The notes beneath the pieces are model-generated. The model was given only the letters and a program-made list of their open reading frames with translations. It was not told the origin of the DNA and ran no database searches. The translations under genes were made by a program, and so were the position numbers. A stretch of DNA of 55,666 nucleotides from a bacterium. GTDB lineage: Bacteria > Bacillota > Clostridia > Oscillospirales > Oscillospiraceae. Positions 35,357 through 44,153 of the stretch are shown in pieces (the first letter of the stretch is position 1; the number at the start of each line of letters is the position of its first letter). Location of the stretch: the NCBI GenBank assembly GCA_963590435.1, contig CAVAPG010000001.1, positions 1-55,666 on the forward strand, written 5' to 3'.

Positions 35357-36216
35357 AGTCTTATAAGTTCGTATTCGCGGCTTCCGACACCGATCTCCGC
35401 CGCGGCTTCAACGGTGTGGATGCCGTTTCTTGATTCAATGCGTTCTATGAGGTCGCCCTTGTCGGGATCATCGCTTGCATACACGAGATCAACGCAGGCC
35501 TGATCGAGTGCAACGGGATCAAGAGAGGATAAAATACCGATATCGCCTATCTTCGGATCTGCCGCGACGGCACAGCAGTCGCAGTCAACGGACATGTTCT
35601 TCATTATGTTCACGAATGCCATGTTTCCGCCGAAGTGATCCACAATGCTCTTTGCGGCATCTGCCATGCATTCAAGGAAGCTGTCATGATCAGAATGCCA
35701 GAAGTTATTGACATCCTTTACGCCGTGGATATATTTCTTGCCGTAGCTTGATGCAAGACCGATTGATATATTCTTCAGTGCACCGCCGAAGCCGCCCATC
35801 GGGTGGCCCTTAAAATGCGAGAGAACGAGCATGGAATCATACTCCGGAAGGGTTTTTCCGACATAGTTTACATCCAGGTGCATGCCGCCGACAACGGGAA
35901 TTGTCATATCGCCGTCTGCGTCCATGATATCGACATCCGCAATCTCGATCCAGCCGTGCAGCTGCATGGTTTTCCTGTGGTGCTCGGTGGTATCTCTTCC
36001 GCCGTCATATGCCGTGTTGCATTCGACTATCGTTCCGCCGACATGGCTGACAGCCGGCTTCATAAAGCTCGGACGCAGAAAATTCTGATTGCCCGGCTCT
36101 CCGCTGTGAAGCTTCACCGCGACATTCCCTCCGAGGGCAACGCCGAGAGCCTCGTATGCCTTTATAACATTTTCGGGACTTATCTCATTTATGAAATACA
36201 CCTTTGATTTTTCCAC
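35353..36216 (-). CDS. DUF362-domain protein
   Basis: 287 aa. KVYF....VKLHSGEPGN..F..P...ECNTAY pattern and a CDCC cluster. GTG start with an AAAGGA RBS. 4-nt overlap with the GTPase gene. Confidence 0.7.
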   Translation of the reverse strand: MEKSKVYFINEISPENVIKAYEALGVALGGNVAVKLHSGEPGNQNFLRPSFMKPAVSHVGGTIVECNTAYDGGRDTTEHHRKTMQLHGWIEIADVDIMDADGDMTIPVVGGMHLDVNYVGKTLPEYDSMLVLSHFKGHPMGGFGGALKNISIGLASSYGKKYIHGVKDVNNFWHSDHDSFLECMADAAKSIVDHFGGNMAFVNIMKNMSVDCDCCAVAADPKIGDIGILSSLDPVALDQACVDLVYASDDPDKGDLIERIESRNGIHTVEAAAEIGVGSREYELIRL

Positions 36217-36246
36217 GGTACATCATCCTTTCTGTTTCTTGCAGTT

Positions 36247-36275
36247 ATTATATAATATTATTCCCCTCTGTTCAA
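36247..36275 (-). promoter_or_regulatory. Sigma-70 promoter of the DUF362 / GTPase-NYN / YlmH-like operon
   Basis: On the minus strand: TTGAAC (36275-36270), 17-nt spacer, TATAAT (36252-36247). Confidence 0.6.
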
Positions 36276-36329
36276 TATTCGCTATTCCAATTTTATTGAA
36301 AATGTAATAGAATAGCCGCAGGTGATTTA

Positions 36330-37286
36330 ATGAAAGCTGTGCTTATTGTTTTAATAGTTGTCTGTGTCGTACTTGCGATATTATACGCGGTTGGGCTGTG
36401 CTTTGTGCGGATACTCATCCGAAGGCAGGATAATTTCCCGACGCCGGAAACGGGTGCGGAATCGTCCGCGCTTCTGGAGCCGACGGGCAAAGCCCTCTGG
36501 GCGTACAACATTCCGCATTTTCAGCTGTTTCGTGAGCTGCCGTTTGAGGAAATTCAGTGCCGGTCCGACGACGGGCTTACTCTTCGCGCCGATATGCTTC
36601 GCGGCAGCGGCACGGGCGTAACGCTTATCTTCTTCCACGGATATAAATCCGAACCGGTCTACGATTTTGCGGCGATGTATGATTTTTATAAATCCCTCGG
36701 CTGCAATCTTATATATGTCCATATGCGCGCCCACTGCAAAAGCGACGGGACCTACATAGGCTTCGGTGCTCTGGACAGATATGATGTCGTCAAATGGACG
36801 GACACGGTCGCCGGATTTTTCCCGAATGATGATATATATCTGCACGGCATGTCCATGGGGGCGGCAAGCATTCTGCAGAGCATGGATCTTGAGCTTAATA
36901 AAAATGTGCGTGGCGTTATCGCCGACTGCGGATACTCAGACCTCAACACGGTTTTCCGCAATCTTGTCGGGACGCTGTTCCACCTGCCGACCATGTTCGT
37001 GGACGTTTTCGAATATGTCAATCTACTCAAAGCAGGCTATGGCTTCAGGGAGGCGAGCTCCGTGCGAAGCGTGAGCGCAGCCGAGATACCGCTTTTATAT
37101 ATCTGCGGAGATTCCGACCGTTATGTTCCTAAGGATATGGCGCTTGAGATATTTAACGCCTGCAAAAGTCCGAAGAAGCTGCTGCTTGTACCCGGCGTGG
37201 GGCATGCGGCGTGCTATATGTGCGCAAAGGAGCAATATGAGGCTTGCGTGACGGAGCTTATAGATAAAACTCGGAGGAATAAATAA
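36330..37286 (+). CDS. Alpha/beta hydrolase with an N-terminal membrane anchor
   Basis: N-terminal TM helix, nucleophile elbow HGMSMGA and a C-terminal GHA motif. Confidence 0.75.
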   Translation: MKAVLIVLIVVCVVLAILYAVGLCFVRILIRRQDNFPTPETGAESSALLEPTGKALWAYNIPHFQLFRELPFEEIQCRSDDGLTLRADMLRGSGTGVTLIFFHGYKSEPVYDFAAMYDFYKSLGCNLIYVHMRAHCKSDGTYIGFGALDRYDVVKWTDTVAGFFPNDDIYLHGMSMGAASILQSMDLELNKNVRGVIADCGYSDLNTVFRNLVGTLFHLPTMFVDVFEYVNLLKAGYGFREASSVRSVSAAEIPLLYICGDSDRYVPKDMALEIFNACKSPKKLLLVPGVGHAACYMCAKEQYEACVTELIDKTRRNK

Positions 37287-37287
37287 A

Positions 37288-38712
37288 ATGGGCAAGAAAA
37301 AGGGCATCGGCGCGCTCAACTGGGCGCTGCTGCTGGTCATCGGATTTTCCGCGCAGATAGCATGGGTTATCGAAAACAACTGGTTTGCAAACTTCCTGTA
37401 TTCCGACTTCGGCGCACAGCTCGGCGTTGTGACGGCAATGACAATATGCTCGGCAACGGCCACAACATTTTCAGCACTTTTCTTCGGAACTCTTTCCGAC
37501 CGCATGGGATCACGCAAGAAGCTCATAACGTGGGGCTCGATTCTGTGGGGAATTTTCACGATTGCCTTCGGTCTGACGCACTATCTGCGCGACAGCATTT
37601 ATAACAATGTCATGCTCGTCGGCGTTACAATCGTTGCGGCTGATACTATTATGAGCTTTTTCGGTTCAATGGCAAACGATGCGGGCTATAATGCCTGGTA
37701 TGCGGATATGATGGATGACTCAAACTCCGGTCAGATAGGTGCGGTCGCCGCAACGCTGCCCGTTATCGGCACACTGGTCGGCACACTGGTCGGCGGAATG
37801 TTCGTGAGCGGTCTTGCGACGCAGGAAAATCCGCAGGCGGGCTATATAATATTTTTCTCCGTTGCCGGCGGCATCACGGTTCTTGTCGGCATAGCATCGT
37901 TTTTTCTGCTCAAGGACTCTCCGGAGCTCAAGCCCGTCAAGGACGGCGGATTCTGGCATCAGTTTGCCTCGACATTTAATTTCAAACGCTTCGTTTCAAA
38001 CCGCGAGCTTGCGCTTGTATTTTTAACCCTGTGCATATTCTTCATCGGATACAACTGCTATTTTATCCACATCATGAACTGGATGAACTACACCCTCGGC
38101 TTTAACGATCCGAGCCTTATCCTCGGTATTCCGCTGCTGATAGCCGTCGCCGTATCCGTTCCGTTTGTGAAGGTCATAAACAACAGAAAAGTCCCTGCCG
38201 TTGCGGCATTTGCGACGATTCTGAGCATTCTCGGCTGCCTGTTTGTATATTTCGTCGTCGGCAGAATGCAGAGCTCATTCGACACGGAAAACGCATTGAA
38301 CATTGCGGCAAACTGGCCCTGCTTTGTCGGCATAATTTTAGTCGGCGTGGGCTATGTCGTTTTCATGCAGTCAATGACCGTTTGGATGAAGCGTCTGTAT
38401 CCCGAGGAGCATCGCGGGCAATTTGAGGGTATAAGAATCATGTTCTTTGTGTTCTTCCCCATGATTGCCGGGCCTCTGCTGGCTGACCCTATCTGCCGTG
38501 CCTTCGGCGAGAAGGTCTATCAGGTTGTGGACAACGGCAGTCTCATTTTCGTAACCGCCGAGCGGGCAGGCGAAATGGGATATGATATAAGCAGTATAGC
38601 CGAGGGCTATCTGCCGGTAAACGAGCTGTTCATTGCCGCCGCCGTTGTTACGGCGCTCGCGCTTATTCCGATGAGCAAGGCGGCAAAAATGTATAAAGAA
38701 AGGAACAAATGA
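37288..38712 (+). CDS. MFS-type (GPH-like) transporter
   Basis: 474 aa with ~12 predicted TM helices and the loop motif GTLSDRMGSRKK. Confidence 0.75.
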   Translation: MGKKKGIGALNWALLLVIGFSAQIAWVIENNWFANFLYSDFGAQLGVVTAMTICSATATTFSALFFGTLSDRMGSRKKLITWGSILWGIFTIAFGLTHYLRDSIYNNVMLVGVTIVAADTIMSFFGSMANDAGYNAWYADMMDDSNSGQIGAVAATLPVIGTLVGTLVGGMFVSGLATQENPQAGYIIFFSVAGGITVLVGIASFFLLKDSPELKPVKDGGFWHQFASTFNFKRFVSNRELALVFLTLCIFFIGYNCYFIHIMNWMNYTLGFNDPSLILGIPLLIAVAVSVPFVKVINNRKVPAVAAFATILSILGCLFVYFVVGRMQSSFDTENALNIAANWPCFVGIILVGVGYVVFMQSMTVWMKRLYPEEHRGQFEGIRIMFFVFFPMIAGPLLADPICRAFGEKVYQVVDNGSLIFVTAERAGEMGYDISSIAEGYLPVNELFIAAAVVTALALIPMSKAAKMYKERNK

Positions 38713-38713
38713 A

Positions 38714-38890
38714 ATGGCTGAAAAAAGATTTGAGAAAACATATTCACAGGGCGCGCTCGATATTATGGAGATATGGGTCGACAAGCAGACCGGCGTAAAC
38801 TATCTCTTCCACTACTCGGGCAACGGCGGCGGCATTACCCCTCTGCTTGACCGCGACGGCAAACCCATAATAAGCACGACGATTAACTGA
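38714..38890 (+). CDS. Small conserved hypothetical protein (58 aa, DUF6440-like)
   Basis: Not in the ORF track because it is under 60 aa. MAEKRFEKTYSQGALDIMEIWVDKQTGVNYLFHYSGNGGGITPLLDRDGKPI. The core DKQTGVNYLF..SG..GG.TPLLD.DGKP is, from memory, conserved in Firmicutes. Confidence 0.55.
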   Translation: MAEKRFEKTYSQGALDIMEIWVDKQTGVNYLFHYSGNGGGITPLLDRDGKPIISTTIN

Positions 38891-38904
38891 TACGGCATAG
38901 AAAA

Positions 38905-38939
38905 ACACGGTCCGAATTTATCGGGCCGTGTTTCTTCTT
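38905..38939. terminator. Bidirectional terminator between the small ORF and panB
   Basis: acacggtccga-attta-tcgggccgtgt (one mismatch), flanked by aaaaa and ttcttctt. Confidence 0.75.
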
Positions 38940-38946
38940 ATATCTT

Positions 38947-39813
38947 TTATATATCAAGCGTTTTTTCAAGCTCTGCGGTAAAGGCAGCAAACTCTTCCTT
39001 GTCGCCGGTAAATTTATATTTGTGCTCGGGAGCCGGGAATGCACCGGATTTAACCTCGTCAATGTAATCCTTCATGCCCTGGGTTGCGATATCGCCGAGG
39101 TTGCAATATTTCTTTGCAAACTTGGGTGTAAAGTTTTTGTACACTCCCAGTGCATCGGCGGCAAGAATGACCTGACCGTCGCAGTCTGCACCGGCTCCGA
39201 TACCGTAAACGGGTATGGGCAGTATCTTGTGGATAAATGCTGCAGTCTCCTCGGGAACGCCCTCGAGCAGCAAAACTCTTGCGCCTGCTTTATATACGGC
39301 AATAGCGTCATCAATGACAGCCTTTGCCGCTTCGGTGTTCTTGCCCTGCACCTTAAAACCGCCCATTGCGGCACTGCTCTGCGGAGTAAGACCGATATGG
39401 CCGAACACGACGATACCTGCGTTTGCAATCGCATGGATCTTATCGGCAACCGCAACGCCGCCCTCGAGCTTAATTGCGTCAACGCCGCCTTCCTTCATGA
39501 AGCGCACTGCGTTGTTTACCGCATCCTCCGTGCTTGCGTGATATGCGCCGAAGGGCATATCGCCGATGATATATGTGTTCGGAGCACCGCGGCGCACGCC
39601 CTGGCAGTGTGCGATGGACATATCCATAGTAACGGGCACCGTACCCTCATAGCCGTAGATTATCATGCCCATGGAGTCGCCGACCAGTATCATGTCCATG
39701 CCGGCTTCCTCTGCAAATGATGCCATGCATGAGTCGTAAATGACCATCCATGCGGCCTTTTCGCCGGTTTCTTTCATTTTCTGAAGATCAAGTATGGTTT
39801 TCTTCTTTGCCAT
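38947..39813 (-). CDS. panB: 3-methyl-2-oxobutanoate hydroxymethyltransferase
   Basis: LVGDSMGM, IGDMPFG and IKLEGG motifs. Start at ATG 39813 with a GAGGAGG RBS. A consensus promoter lies on the minus strand: TTGATA 39887-39882, 17-nt spacer, TATAAT 39864-39859. Confidence 0.9.
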   Translation of the reverse strand: MAKKKTILDLQKMKETGEKAAWMVIYDSCMASFAEEAGMDMILVGDSMGMIIYGYEGTVPVTMDMSIAHCQGVRRGAPNTYIIGDMPFGAYHASTEDAVNNAVRFMKEGGVDAIKLEGGVAVADKIHAIANAGIVVFGHIGLTPQSSAAMGGFKVQGKNTEAAKAVIDDAIAVYKAGARVLLLEGVPEETAAFIHKILPIPVYGIGAGADCDGQVILAADALGVYKNFTPKFAKKYCNLGDIATQGMKDYIDEVKSGAFPAPEHKYKFTGDKEEFAAFTAELEKTLDI

Positions 39814-40022
39814 TATTAAATGCCTCCTCAATTTTTATAATTTTAATATTTTTATATAATTATATCAATTTATGAAGTGTATATCAACCGAAAAAAACGG
39901 GCATGTGAAATTTTGCCGATAAAAGGTGCAAAGCAAAACACGGCGAAGCACCAATTTCAAAGGGACTTCACCGCATCTTACATACTATTCAGCTATCAGC
40001 CGAGCCGAAAGCTCCGTGATTT

Positions 40023-40544
40023 TTATCTCAGCTTTTTCTCAAACAGAACCAGGTTCACATCGGAAATGCCGTTAAACTCGCACGGAACCACATCCGCTTC
40101 GCGGTAGCCGAGCTTTGAATACATTGCTCTTGCCGCGGCGTTAATGGCATTTGTATCTATGCGCAGAACCGCGCAGTGGCGCGAAAGCGCATATTTTTCG
40201 TAAAAGGCAACAAATCTTTTGCCTATGCCCTGTCCGGCGTACTGAGGGTCAACCACCAGCGTGTGCAGAACGCACACATCCGTGTCGGCTGCTTCAAAGC
40301 TCCATGCCGCTCCCTCATACACGTCAACCTGAATCTTATTGATTATTGCCGCGGCCTTTATGCATCCGTCTTCCTCAAGGGCGAACATATCGCGGCGGCG
40401 TATTGCTTCCTCGGCTGTCTCACGCACGGGGTAGACTCCGCTCTCCCAGCCGATTTTCATTTTGCCACTGTTTTCCGCGGCGTGGATGTTTTCGTAGATC
40501 TTCGCTATTGCGTCAAGGTCAATGGGTCTTGCTTCTCTGATCAC
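40023..40544 (-). CDS. GNAT-family N-acetyltransferase
   Basis: 173 aa. Acetyl-CoA motif VDPQYAGQGIGKRFV. Confidence 0.8.
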   Translation of the reverse strand: MIREARPIDLDAIAKIYENIHAAENSGKMKIGWESGVYPVRETAEEAIRRRDMFALEEDGCIKAAAIINKIQVDVYEGAAWSFEAADTDVCVLHTLVVDPQYAGQGIGKRFVAFYEKYALSRHCAVLRIDTNAINAAARAMYSKLGYREADVVPCEFNGISDVNLVLFEKKLR

Positions 40545-41383
40545 TGCTTTTCTTTGTCTCCTAAAATTTTATTTAATATATCTGCAACGCCGTGCTCATC
40601 GTTTGGACCGCACACAATGTCGGCCGATTCAATGCACACTGCGGTAGCATTCTTCACTGCGACGCCGAGTCCAGCAAATGAAAGCATATCGGCATCATTA
40701 TCTCCGTTGCCGAATGCGGCGGTCTGCTCCGGCAAAACGCCGAGCAGGGCACACAGTTTGCGCAGTGACGCGCCCTTTCCGGCTTCGGCGTCGGATATTT
40801 CAACGAGTCTGGGCGATGAGCTTGTTATATATGCATCGGGAAGCTGTTTTGCTTTTTCCCGAAGAGTCGCCCTGTGCTCGGGTGATGAGCACAAAACATC
40901 AACACTGTCGAGTCTGTCGGCATTCTCGCGCATAAACGCCGGCATATTCTCCACAGGCAGGCGCGTTGTTTTTACATACCGGACATAGGCCGGCGAGCAG
41001 CCGTAACGCTCCGGATCGGCAATATAACGGGCATCGCAGTATGCCTGCCCTTCGATGAAGCATTCAAGAAGCTCGTTTCCGAAAAGCTCAAGCAGCACGG
41101 AAACCGTATTCGGGCGCAGGGTGAAGCTTATTATGCGCTCTCCGTCCGGAAGCATGGCAACAGATGCGCCGTTTGATGTTATCGCATAGCGTATGCCCGG
41201 TATTTCCGTAACCGAAGCAGGCAGTGATCTGAACGACCTGCCCGATGCTATGGCAACCTCAATGCCGGCGTCTATCACGGCTTTAATCGCATCGCGCGTG
41301 CAGTCGGCAAGGCTTCCGTCCGAGCGAAGCGTTGTGTCGTCCAAATCAAGGGCAACGAGGCGAATGTCTTTGTGCTCTGTCAT
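40541..41383 (-). CDS. Cof-type HAD-IIB family hydrolase/phosphatase
   Basis: VALDLDDTTL (DxDxT) and FGNGDNDADML motifs. Confidence 0.85.
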   Translation of the reverse strand: MTEHKDIRLVALDLDDTTLRSDGSLADCTRDAIKAVIDAGIEVAIASGRSFRSLPASVTEIPGIRYAITSNGASVAMLPDGERIISFTLRPNTVSVLLELFGNELLECFIEGQAYCDARYIADPERYGCSPAYVRYVKTTRLPVENMPAFMRENADRLDSVDVLCSSPEHRATLREKAKQLPDAYITSSSPRLVEISDAEAGKGASLRKLCALLGVLPEQTAAFGNGDNDADMLSFAGLGVAVKNATAVCIESADIVCGPNDEHGVADILNKILGDKEKQ

Positions 41384-41384
41384 A

Positions 41385-43436
41385 TCAGTAAACTATCCTC
41401 ATGCGGCGCGTCAGCATTTCCAGCGTATGATGGCTTCCTCCGATGCACTTTTCACCGTCAAGCGCCCACGCAAGCTTTTTGATGCATTCAATTTCGATCT
41501 TATCCGTGCGGCAGAAGCTTATAAGCTCGTTATTGAGATTCTGCTCGCGCAAGGCGGAAATGGTTGACTGAAGCTCTGCCGGCGATGAGGGGCGGCGGAT
41601 AAGCAGTACCTCGAACAGTCCGTCATCGGCAACGACCTTCTGCCCGAAGAAGTCGAGCGCTCCGGCAAGTGCGCTTGATGATGCAACCACTCCGAATATA
41701 TACTCGCCCTCATTGGTCTGACCGTTTATCGTGACGCGCAGATGCTCGCTCTGGAGCTTGGCAATATCTTTTATTCCGTCAAGCACGTACGCATAGAAGC
41801 CCATTTTATTTTTAAGGCACTGCGGAGTCGTGTACGGCAGCCATGTAAATGCGCCGAAATCAGCCGCATTTATAAAGAACTTTCCGCCGAGTGTGCCGAC
41901 ATCAACGCGGTGCTCGCTGCCGCTCACTATGCGCTTGGCTGTTTTGACGACATCATTGCTTATGCCGTGGAACTCGGCAAAGTCATTCGTGCTTCCTGCC
42001 GGCATGTATCCTACGGGTATATCGAGCCCTGCCTCTATGATGCCGGAGACCGTCTCGTTGAGTGTGCCGTCGCCGCCGGAGCAGCAGATTATATCATAGC
42101 CCTTGCCGTACGCCTTGACATATTCGGTCGCGTCGCCCTTGCCCCGTGTGGGATAAAAGCTGACCCTGTAGCCGGCGTCCATAAACACGCCTGTAACCTC
42201 CGTAAGGGAGCGCATCATCTCGCCCTTGCCGGCAACGGGATTTATTATGAGCATCATGTTCTTCTCCGCACCGGGCAGGCTTCGGCTCGGCTGCGGCTCG
42301 GGAGCCGCTTTTGAATCGGAGCGTGAGGCATCAAAGCGCGCATATTCCTCGCAGACGGTGTCGTAGATGGTCTTTGCCGCCTCAAAGGGGAAGTCCCTTT
42401 CCCTCTGCCGCACCATTTCCATGGGATCGACCGCGCCGCTCAGGCAGGTCTCGACAAGATGCACCATACCCGATGCCGTATCGGCTTCAAGCGCGTAGGC
42501 GTTCTCGGTCATAAACTCTATATTCCGGCTCTCGCATCCGGGCACGGCATCGATGAACAGTATCGGCAGACGCTTCATAACGGCTTCTGTTGTGCTCAGG
42601 CCGCCGGCCTTTGTGATGATGATGTCGGCGGCGTCCATATATATGCTCATCTTATCTGTAAAGCCGCACACTTTTATTCTTATATCATCACCGGCAAGGA
42701 ACTGCAGCTCCTTTTCAAGTTGGTGATTGCTTCCGCAGATTATAACAAGGCTGTCGTTTTCGCCCATAACCTCGCCGATTCGCAGAGCTATGCTTCGTAT
42801 CGGTCCGCAGCCCATGCTTCCGCAGCAGAGAAGAAGCATGCGCCCCTCCTCGCTCATACCGAGGGCGCGGCGTGCGGCGGCCTTATCGTGCTTATGGCAG
42901 AACTCATCGCGCACGGGAATGCCCGAGGCGACAATTCTGTTTATCGGGACGCCCTGACCGGCAAATTCTCCGCGCAGCTTTTCATGCGGGATGAAATATT
43001 TATCCGCATCTATCTCCGAAACTCCCGGGCTGCAGGTGTAGTCGGTTGCGACAAAGAAGCTGGGTATATTTATCTCGCGGTTGACCCTCAGCTCGGTCAT
43101 CATCATTGCGGCAAAAATGTGCACGCTGATAACGACGTCATAGTTGCCCGAAAACAGCACCTTGCACAGCTCGTCGGCGCCCTTCGCGTTTTGCTCGTAG
43201 AGATGGTTCTGCGGCATCATTTCGCTGATTCGATAGCCTGCTCCGTAAAGGCGCGGCGTGTATTTATATGCAAGCTCGTGACCACGGCTTATGAACTCCG
43301 CACGGGCCTTGGGCAGAAAATCGAGGGCGTTTACAATATCGCACTCGCAGTTCATTTTTTCAAAATATTCGCATATTGCGGAAGCGGCACTGTTGTGTCC
43401 GCCGCCGGTATTGCAGCTGAGCAAAAGTACTTTCAT
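41385..43436 (-). CDS. Fusion of an MGDG-synthase/UgtP-like glycosyltransferase (residues 1-~370) and a DagK/YegS-type lipid kinase (residues ~394-683)
   Basis: N-terminus: LLSCNTGGGHNSAA...ITKAGGLSTTEA (GT28/MGDG_synth). C-terminus: LIINPVAGKG...CCSGGDGTLNE (DAGK_cat). The linker is Pro/Ser-rich. GGAGAAGAAC-ATGATG lies at the junction (42252-42267). Confidence 0.8.
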   Translation of the reverse strand: MKVLLLSCNTGGGHNSAASAICEYFEKMNCECDIVNALDFLPKARAEFISRGHELAYKYTPRLYGAGYRISEMMPQNHLYEQNAKGADELCKVLFSGNYDVVISVHIFAAMMMTELRVNREINIPSFFVATDYTCSPGVSEIDADKYFIPHEKLRGEFAGQGVPINRIVASGIPVRDEFCHKHDKAAARRALGMSEEGRMLLLCCGSMGCGPIRSIALRIGEVMGENDSLVIICGSNHQLEKELQFLAGDDIRIKVCGFTDKMSIYMDAADIIITKAGGLSTTEAVMKRLPILFIDAVPGCESRNIEFMTENAYALEADTASGMVHLVETCLSGAVDPMEMVRQRERDFPFEAAKTIYDTVCEEYARFDASRSDSKAAPEPQPSRSLPGAEKNMMLIINPVAGKGEMMRSLTEVTGVFMDAGYRVSFYPTRGKGDATEYVKAYGKGYDIICCSGGDGTLNETVSGIIEAGLDIPVGYMPAGSTNDFAEFHGISNDVVKTAKRIVSGSEHRVDVGTLGGKFFINAADFGAFTWLPYTTPQCLKNKMGFYAYVLDGIKDIAKLQSEHLRVTINGQTNEGEYIFGVVASSSALAGALDFFGQKVVADDGLFEVLLIRRPSSPAELQSTISALREQNLNNELISFCRTDKIEIECIKKLAWALDGEKCIGGSHHTLEMLTRRMRIVY

Positions 43437-43906
43437 TGATTTGCGCTCCTCCTCTTTCTGCGCTGCTCAAGCAGCACAAGTCTCGGTCTGTTATATCTCT
43501 GAATTATCATAAACGGGACATTACCCAGGATATTATACACAAGCCAGAAGACAACGGCCCACGCTCCGTGACAGAAGAAAAATATGCCGAGCGATAGAAT
43601 AATCAACCAGAAATGCACGCATTCGGCAACGCAGGTTTCGGCAATGAGCGTCCCCATCCCCTGCTCGCGGGTCTGCTTTGTCATCTTCTTCTTCACCATA
43701 TCAGGCATAATGCGGCTCATATCCGGCAGGAAATCCTTCCACCGTTTTATGCCGAGCTTTTCATATATCTTGCCGCCCTTTTCCCACTGTGCGCAGCGGT
43801 ATGGGAATTTTTCTGCCGAAAACGCCGAGCGCGGCAGTGCCTGACCGACAAAATGCGACAGTATGCCCAGCACTGCTATATAAAGCACCGCATAGAGAAA
43901 ATTCAT
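43433..43906 (-). CDS. CrtO-like membrane acyltransferase (glycosyl-4,4'-diaponeurosporenoate acyltransferase family)
   Basis: 157 aa. The C-terminal VPFMIIQRYNRPRL matches the family signature seen in S. aureus CrtO. Confidence 0.7.
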   Translation of the reverse strand: MNFLYAVLYIAVLGILSHFVGQALPRSAFSAEKFPYRCAQWEKGGKIYEKLGIKRWKDFLPDMSRIMPDMVKKKMTKQTREQGMGTLIAETCVAECVHFWLIILSLGIFFFCHGAWAVVFWLVYNILGNVPFMIIQRYNRPRLVLLEQRRKRRSANQ

Positions 43907-43930
43907 TTTGTCCCTCCGAAATATTATTTA

Positions 43931-43968
43931 TTTCTATTTCCTATTTATATTTCTATTTCCTATTTATA
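43931..43968. repeat. Perfect 19-bp tandem direct repeat x2 (tttctatttcctatttata)
   Basis: 43931-43949 is identical to 43950-43968. It lies 25-62 nt upstream of the CrtO-like gene ATG. On the coding strand each unit reads TATAAATAGGAAATAGAAA, which contains a -10-like box. Confidence 0.9.
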
Positions 43969-44034
43969 TTGTAATTATTTTATAGTTATTTTTTCAACGC
44001 GTCAAGATTCCGGTATTAAACACTTATCCGCAAA

Positions 44035-44064
44035 TGTCGAAAATAAGGTGTATATTGTCGAAAA
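44035..44064. repeat. 9-bp direct repeat TGTCGAAAA-N12-TGTCGAAAA (LytTR-site-like geometry)
   Basis: 44035-44043 and 44056-44064 are identical, separated by a 12-nt spacer. They sit upstream of a TATAAT (44103-44108) that has a poor -35, ahead of the FAD-protein gene. Confidence 0.85.
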
Positions 44065-44153
44065 ATTTACAATTTATTAATTACTGCCGCGTGCGAAATT
44101 CTTATAATTTTTAGGGCTTATTTGGGCCTATACTACAAATGGGGGCACTTATA

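Noticed and set aside
42459-43439. 326-aa plus-strand ORF, and a 190-aa ORF at 41742-42314.
   Set aside because: Both are antisense to the glycosyltransferase-DagK fusion gene and show no recognisable motifs.
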